This document shows positions 8,632-17,378 of a DNA stretch of 64,000 nt, piece by piece. How positions within the stretch are numbered: position 1 is the first letter of the stretch; each line of letters opens with the position of its first letter. Source of the DNA: Terracidiphilus sp. (GTDB lineage Bacteria; Acidobacteriota; Terriglobia; Terriglobales; Acidobacteriaceae); assembly GCA_035945795.1 (NCBI GenBank), contig DASYZU010000020.1:7199-71198 (forward strand), read 5' to 3'. A model generated the notes under the pieces. The model ran no database searches and was not told the origin of the DNA. It saw only the letters and a program-made list of their open reading frames with translations. Both the position numbers and the translations under genes were made by a program.

Positions 8632-9221
8632 CGCAGACTCCTTGAGTGATTGAGCAGGTCAGCCATCAGGTTGCGAGCGCGAAAGAGCCGGGAGCGGACG
8701 CTCGACTCGCTGATGCCGAGGACCTGGGCGATCTCCACGCTGCTGAGCTCTTCAAAAGCTGATAAATGCAGCACCTCGCGCTCCTTGGCAGGCAGCTTCT
8801 CGACACAGGAGAGAACATGGGCGTGGTGCTGGGCTGCGGAGGCGAGTTGCTCGGCGGAAAGCCCGCCGCAGGGCAGCACGCGGGCCAGTTCGGCCACGTC
8901 GTCGGTTTCCGGCCTGGTCTTGGCGCGACGCTTGCGGTCAAGCACAATATTCCAAACGATGCGGATAAGCCAGACTCGCTGATCGCGCACCTCGTCTAAG
9001 GTGTCGCGATGGCGCAGGACGCGCAGAAACGCCTCCTGTACTGCATCTTCGGCGTCAGAAGAGTTGCGCAGGATGGAGTAGGCTACGCGGTACAGGGTCC
9101 CTGCGTACTGGCTCACCAGCGCCGCAAGAGTCGCTTCTTCCGCCTGAGTGCGAGCCAGTTCGTCCACTGCGCTGTTCGGAATCTCCATCCAACCTGCGTA
9201 AATTGCCTGGCTGGTGCTCAT
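8628..9221 (-). CDS. ECF-family RNA polymerase sigma factor
   Basis: Region 2 (LYRVAYSILRNSSDAEDAVQEAFL, WLIRIVWN) and region 4 (LPAKEREVLHL...EIAQVLGISESSVRSRLFRAR). Confidence 0.95.
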   Translation of the reverse strand: MSTSQAIYAGWMEIPNSAVDELARTQAEEATLAALVSQYAGTLYRVAYSILRNSSDAEDAVQEAFLRVLRHRDTLDEVRDQRVWLIRIVWNIVLDRKRRAKTRPETDDVAELARVLPCGGLSAEQLASAAQHHAHVLSCVEKLPAKEREVLHLSAFEELSSVEIAQVLGISESSVRSRLFRARNLMADLLNHSRSLR

Positions 9222-9294
9222 ACATCACCAGACGCAGGCGGCCAGAAAAGTGCTCGAATGCGTGGCCTGTCTTTCGAGGCACCGCAAAAGGAAA

Positions 9295-9321
9295 ACTCGC
9301 GGAACCACCGGCTCCGCGAGT
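9295..9321 (-). terminator. Intrinsic terminator after yfgM-like gene
   Basis: ACTCGCGGA / TCCGCGAGT 9-bp stem followed by a T-rich tract on the minus strand. Confidence 0.6.
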
Positions 9322-9343
9322 CTATTGTGCTGACCGGTAGCCC

Positions 9344-10051
9344 TTACTGCTTGGCGCCGAGCTTCTGCGCGGCGATGGAGCCCGCGGCGCCATCTTTATC
9401 CGCATCCTTCACCCTGGCCCAGAGTGCGCGGGCTTGATCCTGCTTGCCTTCCGCGGCATACAGGCTGGCCAGATCAAGCTGTGCCACTGCGGCAGAAACC
9501 GTGTCCGATGGCTTGGTAATCAGGGCGTTGTAAAGCTCAATTGCCTGGGGATCGCGAGCGGTCTGATGATAAAGCCCCGCAAGTGCGAGTTTGGCCAGGT
9601 TGGAAAGATTGCGGTCCCAGGCGCCGGAGGCAGCCTTCAGCTCGGTTTCGGCAGAGGCGTTTTGACCCATTTCCTCGGCAGTAATACCGGTAAAATAACG
9701 GGCCTTGCTACCCTGGGGTAGCAAGCCGTACTGCTGGGCTACAGCAGAGAACTGGCTATTAGCGGCCTTGGTGCGATCGGCGGCTGTCGAGTAGATGCCA
9801 GCTCCAGCCGGAAGTCCGGGCTGCGCGAGCGGAGCGTTGTAGGTATCCATGGCGGCGCCGAGCGCGGTGTCGGCTGCGGACGAGCGGATGTTCCAGAAAA
9901 TGAGCACGCCGATAATCAGAACAAGAACCACACCGCCAACGATGACCCAGCGCAGAACGCCGGAGCGGTGACCACTAACCCAACTGGCGCTCGACGCAGC
10001 AGCCTGGGCAAAACTGTCTTTCTTGAGGGCATGACGTGTTTGAGTATCCAC
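9344..10051 (-). CDS. YfgM-like single-TM tetratricopeptide-repeat protein
   Basis: N-terminal RHALKKDSF, one TM helix, then TPR-like helices (KARYFTGI, LAKLALAGLY). Confidence 0.8.
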   Translation of the reverse strand: MDTQTRHALKKDSFAQAAASSASWVSGHRSGVLRWVIVGGVVLVLIIGVLIFWNIRSSAADTALGAAMDTYNAPLAQPGLPAGAGIYSTAADRTKAANSQFSAVAQQYGLLPQGSKARYFTGITAEEMGQNASAETELKAASGAWDRNLSNLAKLALAGLYHQTARDPQAIELYNALITKPSDTVSAAVAQLDLASLYAAEGKQDQARALWARVKDADKDGAAGSIAAQKLGAKQ

Positions 10052-10211
10052 GGAGTCTTTTCTTGTCCTTCTTGAGCTGACTTGCAGGCGGGTCCGAACG
10101 AGTGGAGGCGCTGCGACTGCAACTCTATTAGTCTATCAGCGCGCCAAGAGCAGCGTCCACCGGGCGAAATACGAGAGACCCGTACAAAGACGCATATCTA
10201 CACGTATGTTC

Positions 10212-10400
10212 CTAATTCTTGCTGCTCGCTGTCGCGGAGCGCAGGGCGCGAATTCGCTCCATGGCACTATCCAGCACCGGACGCCCCTGGGCCGCACTCA
10301 TCCCTTTATCGATCAGTGATTCAACGAAATCAATGACAGGAAGGCCGCGAGCCCCGGCTTCGCGGACGATGGCGTCAGAGACAGTGACTGTGACTTGCAT
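10212..10400 (-). CDS. Small ribbon-helix-helix-like protein
   Basis: MQVTVTVSDAIVREAGARGL shows an alternating beta-strand then helix pattern. GAGGG RBS before ATG 10400. Confidence 0.55.
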   Translation of the reverse strand: MQVTVTVSDAIVREAGARGLPVIDFVESLIDKGMSAAQGRPVLDSAMERIRALRSATASSKN

Positions 10401-10544
10401 GGTTGGTTTTCCCTCTTCAGGTTCATCGGCAAACCTGCGCGCAGGAACAGACCACGAGCAGTGAGAATCACTTCGGATCACCCATCACGGCGCGCTCGCC
10501 GGACTGAAACGCACAGTAGCACCAAAGAAGCATGCCCCGGCGAC

Positions 10545-10573
10545 TTGCCCTTCTACACCCGGAACGATAGGCT
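10545..10573 (+). promoter_or_regulatory. Sigma70-type promoter, probably leaderless transcript
   Basis: TTGCCC (10545-10550), 17 nt spacer, TAGGCT (10568-10573), 6 nt, ATG 10580. No SD sequence. Confidence 0.6.
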
Positions 10574-10579
10574 TAATGC

Positions 10580-10957
10580 ATGTACGAAGATTTCCACGTA
10601 ACCGACCGCTGGAGCGGCGAGGACCTGCATTGCCGCTGGAAGGGCACCATGGTGGCCATCGCCACCCGCCACGCAGACGCCGTCGATGTGCGATTCGACG
10701 TCAACGGGCGCCCCATGTGGATTGCCCTCCCCTGCAAGGCCTGGGTGGAACAGAAGGAACGCACCGGCAAGGTCATCACCGACCAGTTAGCCGCGCAGAT
10801 CGCAGGCCGCTACCTCAAGCAACTCGTCGAGGAAGGCTACGACTCGCGCCGCGAAATCTATACGATGACGGTGGTCGAAGTGCTGGCGCTTTTGGAAGTG
10901 GTTGTCGCCGAAGCTAAGGCGCAAGGTGAGATGCCTACGCTGCCGGTAATGACGTAA
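10580..10957 (+). CDS. Hypothetical protein (125 aa)
   Basis: ORF with good codon bias and a promoter immediately upstream. No family recognised. Confidence 0.8.
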   Translation: MYEDFHVTDRWSGEDLHCRWKGTMVAIATRHADAVDVRFDVNGRPMWIALPCKAWVEQKERTGKVITDQLAAQIAGRYLKQLVEEGYDSRREIYTMTVVEVLALLEVVVAEAKAQGEMPTLPVMT

Positions 10958-11015
10958 GAACAGTGGACAGTGGACAGCAGAGACGAGCCGCCGGATTCGG
11001 AGGTTTGGCTTAAAG

Positions 11016-11513
11016 CTATTTATTTCTTGTAATTACCCTTCGGAACCATTTGCCCCATACTGGCGTACAGCGACTGTATGCCTTTTTTGGTTCTGCCGGT
11101 AAATCTTTTGAAGTGTTTGAATTAGCGCTCCCGTACTGGCGTACTGGCGCTGTATCCGCGTGGGGTCTGGCTTCGGAAGTCGTTGAAATATTAGCGGTTT
11201 GGCTGGGCTTTACGGCCATACAGTCTGAATTCGCGATTTTTTCGGGGGTGGAACTGACCTGCGGTGCAACACGAGTGCACGCCTGACAGTTTGGAGCAGG
11301 GGGCTCACCATGAGAGGACCGGCCCGGCAGGTGGTGGGGAGCTCCAGGCGGCACAGTGACTTTGTAGCCTGCACCCTTCAAGTACGAGGGAAACCTCTCC
11401 AGGAGATAGGCCACCATTGCAGTTACGGTGGAGTCCATTTCGGCCGCGAGCTTCCGCGTCTGGCGGTAGAGTTCGGGTGAGACAGCTACGGTGATGTTCC
11501 TGACTTCTCGCAT
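11016..11513 (-). CDS. Protein with N-terminal ribbon-helix-helix-like domain and low-complexity tail
   Basis: RNITVAVSPELYRQTRKLAAEMDSTVTAMVAYLLE resembles CopG/antitoxin RHH domains. The C-terminal part looks unstructured. Confidence 0.55.
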   Translation of the reverse strand: MREVRNITVAVSPELYRQTRKLAAEMDSTVTAMVAYLLERFPSYLKGAGYKVTVPPGAPHHLPGRSSHGEPPAPNCQACTRVAPQVSSTPEKIANSDCMAVKPSQTANISTTSEARPHADTAPVRQYGSANSNTSKDLPAEPKKAYSRCTPVWGKWFRRVITRNK

Positions 11514-11757
11514 GGGTTTGCAGTCCTGGTTTTGTATTCGGGGGCGCAGAGAGTTCTGCGCGCCTTCTATAAAACAAGTGTGCGCTCGGAGAGGGTAATT
11601 TTCTGCAAAGGCCAAGTGCGATTGTGGGTCAGGGATTTAGGGTGCGCCGGTGACCCGGGGGTGTCGTTTGCCGCACTTTACCCAAAAAAGAGACGGGGCC
11701 AGAAGGAGCTCAGAGCCATTTCTTTTGACTTCATGTGTTCCGTTTGCGCTTCTGGCT

Positions 11758-14550
11758 TCAGTCGTGCCGTAGCGCGTCCATGGGCTGCACGGCTGCGGCC
11801 CGGCGAGCGGGAATCCAACTCGCGGCCAACGCGACCGCGAGGAGAGTAAACACTCCAACCGTCAGCGTGACTGGGTCGTAGGGCTGAATTCCATAGAGCA
11901 TGGACTTGACGAGGCGAGTGAGAGCGAGTGCCGCAGTCAAACCAGCGACGATGCCGACCCCGGCAAGCGCTGTGCTTTCGCGAAGAATCATGGAGCGCAC
12001 CTGACCCGGTTGTGCGCCAAGGGCGAGACGAATTCCGATTTCGTTGCGACGAATGGCGACTGAGTAGGCCATGATGCCGTAGATGCCTACCGAAGCCAGA
12101 AGAAGGGCGAGCAGGCCGAAGCCGGAGGTGAGGGTGACAAATGTGCTCTCCTGCTGGAGGTCTGCCGTGACCTGTTGGTTTTGCGTTCTTATGTGGAGGA
12201 GCGCGAGATCGGGGTCCACCTGACGAACGACTTCCCTCAACCCCGGAACGATTGCCTCGGCCTCCATCGCCGTGCGAATCTCATAAATCATTCCACTCAC
12301 ACTCGGCTGTTGAACATAAGGCAGGAAGAACTGTGGCGGCGGTTCTGAGCGCATGTCCACGTAGCGTGTATCGCCGCAGATACCGACAATCTCAATTGAA
12401 TTGCGTCCGAGCAAGACGCCGCTTCCATCCGCATCATGCGGGTCGGTGACGAACCGCTTGCCGATCGGATTTTGACCGTGAAATCGGGTTCGCGCCAGGC
12501 TCTCGTTAATGACTGCAACCCTGGGTGAGTTTGCGGTGTCCTGTGGCCCAAACGCGCGGCCGGCAAGAATGGGTATCTTCAGCGTGGAAAAGAACTGGTT
12601 CCCGACCAGGTTGTAGTCCTCTTCCTGATGCTTGAGCGCACCCAGCTTTTCCCCCTCGGACAGAAAATCGGTTGCATCCAGATTGCCCGACACATAAGCA
12701 TCCATTGCAGGAGAGACAGACTCCACGCCTGGAACGGCAGCGAAAGCCTGCTCGAGGCGTTGATTGAGCGCAATATCCTTGCCCGCCGGATAGCGGTTTC
12801 GCGGCGGATCGATCTCTCCGAGAAGCAAATGGTCAGGCTTGAAGCCGATCTCAACCGAGCTCAAACTTACCAGGGTACGCAGAAACAGGCCCGCCCCGAT
12901 AACGAGCAACGTTGATAAAGCAATCTGAATTCCCACCAGCAGCTTACCGCCCGCGCCCTTGCGCCGCCGCGTCGCGGCTAACGACATCTCATTGGGTCCA
13001 TGGTTCAGTTCAGCGCGAGTTGCCGCCCACGCCGGAGCCAGGCCGAACAGGAGGCCCGTGAGAATCGTGATCCCCGCAGTGAAGGTAAAGACCTTCCAGT
13101 CAAAGTGAATGTGAAAGTCGGTACGTTCCCAGGCGTTTTCGGTCATCTTCGGAATCGCGTTACGCCCGAAGTAGCCAATGACGACGCCTCCGGCTCCGCC
13201 CAGTGCCGCCAGCAATAAGCTCTCTACCAACATTTGGCGCAAGATGCGGACGCGTCCCGCTCCCAGCGCGAGCCGTACGCTCATTTCCCGCTCGCGTTGT
13301 GCTCCGCGCGCCAGCATCAGGTTGGCGATATTCGCGCATGCCAGCAGCAGCACAAGGCCCACCAGCGTCGTAAGCACGGCCATAGGCCGCGCATACTGTT
13401 TCTGCTCTTCAAATATTCCGCGGCTGCCATCGCGCAAGTCGATTCGCGGCAGATCCTCACCTTTCCTCACCGGCATAGTGCTGCGAACGATTGCAGCCAA
13501 TTGGCTATCCAGTGCTGCGCGTGCTGTCGTGTCGTTTCCCGCGGCGCGGGCGCGGCCCATCACGTTGACCCACCATCGGGTTGAATCGACAAACAGAGAA
13601 GCACTACCCGATCGTGGGAATACCAGCGGTTGCATCGACAGCGGGATGAATAAATCGTCCGCGATCTGCACATCTCTGGCGCCGCTAAAACCCTTCGGGG
13701 CAACACCCACAATCGTGAAGGGAATATCGTTGAGTTTGAGTGTCTGTCCCAGCACCGCCGGCGACCTAGCGAACACACGCTCCCACATGCCGTCACCGAT
13801 GACCGCAACGGCGCCCTGACCGGGAACGGCATCGTCGACAGGCTCAATCACACGGCCAAGCTGCGGCAGCACCCCAAGTGCTCCAAAGTAGTTGCCCGAG
13901 ACCATTTCGGCACGAACTGTCTGCCCATCCTCACGGATGGTCGCAATCATTGTCATTCGCTTGAAGGCGAACAAGTCGTCGAGAACTTGATTCTGCGCGC
14001 GCAGTTGTTGGAAGGCTGGATAAGAAAACGCAGTGCTTGTGACTCTGCCTCCGGGCAGCCGATCCCAGTCACCCCATACGTGGTGTACTGCGACATGATC
14101 CCTCGTGCCTGTCCAGGCAAGCAGACGAAGATTCGCGGCATTGGGCACGTCTAATCGCTCATAAAGCAACTGCTTGGCTACAGAAAAGATTGTGGTGTTG
14201 GCACCGATGGCGAGCGCAAGGGACGTGGCGGCGATGAAGGTGAATCCAGGGCTCTTGCGTAGGATGCGGACGCCATAGCGAAGATCGGCCCAGAGTTCGT
14301 CCCACCAGCGCAGGCCAAGCGAGGCGCGCATCTCTTCCTTGTGCACCATTGCAGCGCCCAGCGAAATGCGAGCGTTGCGTGCGGCCTGGGCGGGAAGTTG
14401 TCCCGCGCGGATCAGATCGGCGGTCAGGCTTTCAACATGATGGGCAAGCTCAGCTTCCATCTCCGCTTCGAGACGGTTGCGTTGGAGGACGGCACGAAAC
14501 CAGGAACACGGTCGGGCAAGAACGGAAATGGCAAGGGATCGTAGACTCAT
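11758..14550 (-). CDS. ABC transporter permease, ADOP (acidobacterial duplicated orphan permease) type
   Basis: Duplicated MacB_PCD/FtsX architecture: DLRYGVRILRKSPGFT, LLLACANIANLMLARG...REMSVRLALGAGR, RRNEIGIRLALGA, RRAAAVQPMDALR. No ATPase adjacent. Confidence 0.93.
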   Translation of the reverse strand: MSLRSLAISVLARPCSWFRAVLQRNRLEAEMEAELAHHVESLTADLIRAGQLPAQAARNARISLGAAMVHKEEMRASLGLRWWDELWADLRYGVRILRKSPGFTFIAATSLALAIGANTTIFSVAKQLLYERLDVPNAANLRLLAWTGTRDHVAVHHVWGDWDRLPGGRVTSTAFSYPAFQQLRAQNQVLDDLFAFKRMTMIATIREDGQTVRAEMVSGNYFGALGVLPQLGRVIEPVDDAVPGQGAVAVIGDGMWERVFARSPAVLGQTLKLNDIPFTIVGVAPKGFSGARDVQIADDLFIPLSMQPLVFPRSGSASLFVDSTRWWVNVMGRARAAGNDTTARAALDSQLAAIVRSTMPVRKGEDLPRIDLRDGSRGIFEEQKQYARPMAVLTTLVGLVLLLACANIANLMLARGAQREREMSVRLALGAGRVRILRQMLVESLLLAALGGAGGVVIGYFGRNAIPKMTENAWERTDFHIHFDWKVFTFTAGITILTGLLFGLAPAWAATRAELNHGPNEMSLAATRRRKGAGGKLLVGIQIALSTLLVIGAGLFLRTLVSLSSVEIGFKPDHLLLGEIDPPRNRYPAGKDIALNQRLEQAFAAVPGVESVSPAMDAYVSGNLDATDFLSEGEKLGALKHQEEDYNLVGNQFFSTLKIPILAGRAFGPQDTANSPRVAVINESLARTRFHGQNPIGKRFVTDPHDADGSGVLLGRNSIEIVGICGDTRYVDMRSEPPPQFFLPYVQQPSVSGMIYEIRTAMEAEAIVPGLREVVRQVDPDLALLHIRTQNQQVTADLQQESTFVTLTSGFGLLALLLASVGIYGIMAYSVAIRRNEIGIRLALGAQPGQVRSMILRESTALAGVGIVAGLTAALALTRLVKSMLYGIQPYDPVTLTVGVFTLLAVALAASWIPARRAAAVQPMDALRHD

Positions 14551-14580
14551 ATCTTGTCTATTCCTTTTCCAATGGCTTTC

Positions 14581-14937
14581 TCACGCTTCCTCGGTGGTCG
14601 CGCTGAGGATGGCGCCAATTACACCGGCCATGCGGTTCCACTTCTTTGTTTCGGATCCAAGGCGATCGCGGCCGGCGCGGGTAAGCTTGTAGTATTTGGC
14701 GCGGCGGTTGTTGTCGCTCTCACCCCATTCGCTGACAATGGCTCCCTGGTGCTCGAGACGGTAGAGCGCTGGGTAGAGCGAGCCTTGCTGAATGACGAGT
14801 TCGTCACTGGAGATCTGCTGGATGCGCAGGAGCACTCCATAACCGTGCAGGGGACCGAGTGAGACGGCTTTGAGGATGAGCAGATCGAGTGTTCCCTGCA
14901 GGAGGCCCAACTGCTTATCGGGCTTTTCTTGCGCCAT
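14581..14937 (-). CDS. PadR-family transcriptional regulator (acidobacterial type)
   Basis: LLQGTLDLLILKAV..GPLHGYG...QGSLYPALYRLE..G.I.SEWGESDNNRRAKYY. Canonical partner of ADOP. Confidence 0.95.
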   Translation of the reverse strand: MAQEKPDKQLGLLQGTLDLLILKAVSLGPLHGYGVLLRIQQISSDELVIQQGSLYPALYRLEHQGAIVSEWGESDNNRRAKYYKLTRAGRDRLGSETKKWNRMAGVIGAILSATTEEA

Positions 14938-14945
14938 TGCTCTCT

Positions 14946-14995
14946 CCTTGACGTTCTAGGAGAGAGAGTAACGATGTTCTCCTAGACTGTCAAGG
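14946..14995 (-). promoter_or_regulatory. padR promoter overlapped by an 18-bp inverted-repeat operator
   Basis: On the minus strand: TTGACA (14988-14993), 17 nt, TACTCT (14965-14970). Arms CCTTGACGTTCTAGGAGA (14946-14963) and TCTCCTAGACTGTCAAGG (14978-14995) are inverted with 2 mismatches. Confidence 0.8.
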
Positions 14996-15172
14996 GGAGA
15001 TTTGGGCCGGACTTCGTCGAAGATTTGATCCCGGCCTTCGGGCATAGCAACCTTCCTCAGGCATGCGGGTACACAACTTAACGGATGAAAGGAGGCCTGG
15101 CCGAACTGAACCGCGTCGCATCCTTGCAGTTGACGCGAACGCGGGTCCGCGCCATTCCACGCCGGAGAGGCG

Positions 15173-17314
15173 CTATTTTGCCGCCACCTGCAACTGTGTT
15201 CGCAGACGAATATCAACCGACGACGAACCTATCATTACGTCAAACATTCCGGGAGCAACGATGAATTTCTTTGTGACCACATCGTAGTAAGAGAGCTGCG
15301 ACACAGGAAGGTTGAAGCTGACGTGCTTCGTCTCGCCGGATTCCAGGCTGACACGCTGGAAGCCGCGCAGGCGTTTCATAGGTTGCACGACATCTGACTT
15401 TACCTGGTGAATATACAACTGCGGGACTTCAGCGCCCTTGCGTGCACCACTATTCTGCAGGTCGAAGGAGACTTCCACATCTCCGCCTAAATTGACCTTG
15501 CCCGCGGAGAGCTTCAGGTGGCTGTATTTGAACTCCGTGTAGCTCAGGCCATGCCCGAAGGGATAAAGAGGCACTCCTTTGAAGTACATGTACGTGAAGC
15601 CCTTTGTCACGTCGTACTCGTTCGGTGGAGGCACGCCATCGAGACTCTGGTAAACGGTGTAAGGCAGACGGCCGCCGGGGTTGTTGTCGCCAAACAGCGT
15701 CTGTGCAATGGCCGTTCCGGCAAACTCACCCGGATACCACGCATCGAGAATTGCAGGCAGGTGGTCGTTCGCCCAGTTGACCGCAATGGGGCCTGCATTC
15801 ATCAGGACAAGAACCGTCTTTGGATTAGCCCCATAGACGGCTTCCATCAGTTCTTCCTGCGCTCCCGTCAGGTTCAGATCTCGGCGGTCGCGGCCTTCGG
15901 CCTCAACCCTGAGGTTAGTGCCAAGAAAAAGCAGGACCACGTCCGACTTGTGCGCAAGCTCCACGGCGCGCGAAATGGCGGCGGGGTCGCGCACTTCAGT
16001 GAATCCGGCGCCCTGCTCGTAGCCGACCTGCACTGCCGGGCCAAGCAGTTCTTTCAGTCCCTGCACGGGGCTGATCTTCCGCGTCGGCTTGCCATAGTAG
16101 TTTCCCGTTTCGTAGGCATCGTTTCCGGCGGGCCCAATCACCGCGACGCTCTTGATCTCCTGCTTGTTGAGCGGGAGGAAATGGTTGCGATTCGAGAGCA
16201 GGGTCATGGACTCAAGCGCCGTTTGCAGGGAAAGCTGCAGATGCTCAGGAGAGCGAATGACACTGGCAGTGATCTTCGAATAGGGATTCATCTCCGGTGG
16301 GTCGAAAGCGCCCAGGCGGAACCCGACGCTCAGCACATGCGTGAGCGCGCGATTGACATCGGCTTCCGTCAGCAAGCCGCGTTTAACCGCGAGTGGAATA
16401 TTCTTTTCAAACTCGGGGTCGTCGGAGTCGCATCCCGCCTTGATGGCCCAGGCTGTCGCCTCCACCGGATCTTCGGTGATGTGATGATCATCGACGAGGT
16501 GTGCTACCCCCCCCAGATCGTCGGTGACGAAACCATTGAATCCCCACTGTCCGCGCAGAATGTCAGTGAGCAGATGCTTGTTGATGGCGTCCGGATACCC
16601 GTTAATCGCGTTGTAAGAGGCCATTACCGACTGCGCATGCGCCTCCATGATGGCGTCTTTCCAATGCGGCAACCAGTATTCCATCAAGTTGCGCTCATCC
16701 ACTTGCGCGGAGAGCCGGGTCCGATTGGTTTCGACATTATTGACTGCAAAGTGTTTGACGGTCGCCGCCAGTTCCAAATAGTGCGGGTCGTTCCCCTGAA
16801 GGCCAGTGACGTAGGCGACTGCCATTCTTCCAGTCAGGTATGGGTCCTCACTGAAGACCTCTTGAATACGACCCCAGAGGGGGTTACGGCTGATGTTGAT
16901 GACGGGAGAGCGGTAGACCAGGCCATGCTTGCTGCGCGGTCCATCGGCCCCGATGTTGTAGAGTGCCCGGCCCTCGTCGGCCATGGAATGCGCGATGGTG
17001 TTCACAAGGGGCATGTCCCAGGTGGCGCCCATGGCAATTGCCGCGGGAAACAAAGTCGTTGGCTCCTTGGACCATACACCATGAAGTGTCTGATTCCAGC
17101 CGCCCCAGGCGTTGATGCCCAGCCGCGGAATGCCCTTGTTGAGGTGATTCAGTTGCTGCGCCTTCTCTTCGAGCGTCATGCGCCCAATGAGGTCGGCGAT
17201 TCGCACGTCCATGGGCTTGGAGGGGTCACGAAAAACGGGCTGAGTGCCGGTTTGCGAAAGACAATTACCTGCAAGACAAGCCAGAGAAATTACAAGTGCA
17301 ACTACAGCCTTCAT
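15173..17314 (-). CDS. GH3 beta-glucosidase/beta-xylosidase with C-terminal FN3-like domain
   Basis: SPVINISRNPLWGRIQEVFSEDPYL, KHFAVNN, MASYNAING, GFVTDD (nucleophile Asp), YPFGHGLSYT. GGAGG RBS before ATG 17314; signal peptide. Confidence 0.95.
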   Translation of the reverse strand: MKAVVALVISLACLAGNCLSQTGTQPVFRDPSKPMDVRIADLIGRMTLEEKAQQLNHLNKGIPRLGINAWGGWNQTLHGVWSKEPTTLFPAAIAMGATWDMPLVNTIAHSMADEGRALYNIGADGPRSKHGLVYRSPVINISRNPLWGRIQEVFSEDPYLTGRMAVAYVTGLQGNDPHYLELAATVKHFAVNNVETNRTRLSAQVDERNLMEYWLPHWKDAIMEAHAQSVMASYNAINGYPDAINKHLLTDILRGQWGFNGFVTDDLGGVAHLVDDHHITEDPVEATAWAIKAGCDSDDPEFEKNIPLAVKRGLLTEADVNRALTHVLSVGFRLGAFDPPEMNPYSKITASVIRSPEHLQLSLQTALESMTLLSNRNHFLPLNKQEIKSVAVIGPAGNDAYETGNYYGKPTRKISPVQGLKELLGPAVQVGYEQGAGFTEVRDPAAISRAVELAHKSDVVLLFLGTNLRVEAEGRDRRDLNLTGAQEELMEAVYGANPKTVLVLMNAGPIAVNWANDHLPAILDAWYPGEFAGTAIAQTLFGDNNPGGRLPYTVYQSLDGVPPPNEYDVTKGFTYMYFKGVPLYPFGHGLSYTEFKYSHLKLSAGKVNLGGDVEVSFDLQNSGARKGAEVPQLYIHQVKSDVVQPMKRLRGFQRVSLESGETKHVSFNLPVSQLSYYDVVTKKFIVAPGMFDVMIGSSSVDIRLRTQLQVAAK

Positions 17315-17378
17315 CGAGCCCCTCCATGTGATACGGGTTTGAGTCATGCGAACGATGGTTCTCAAAGTGGAGCCGTAA

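Noticed and set aside
9231-9253. Autoregulatory ECF promoter (GCACTT...CGTC) just before the sigma ATG
   Set aside because: The -35 lacks the AAC core and the spacing is atypical; too weak to call without the ECF group consensus.
10963-10980. CAGTGGA tandem repeat
   Set aside because: Only two units; not an array and not CRISPR-like.
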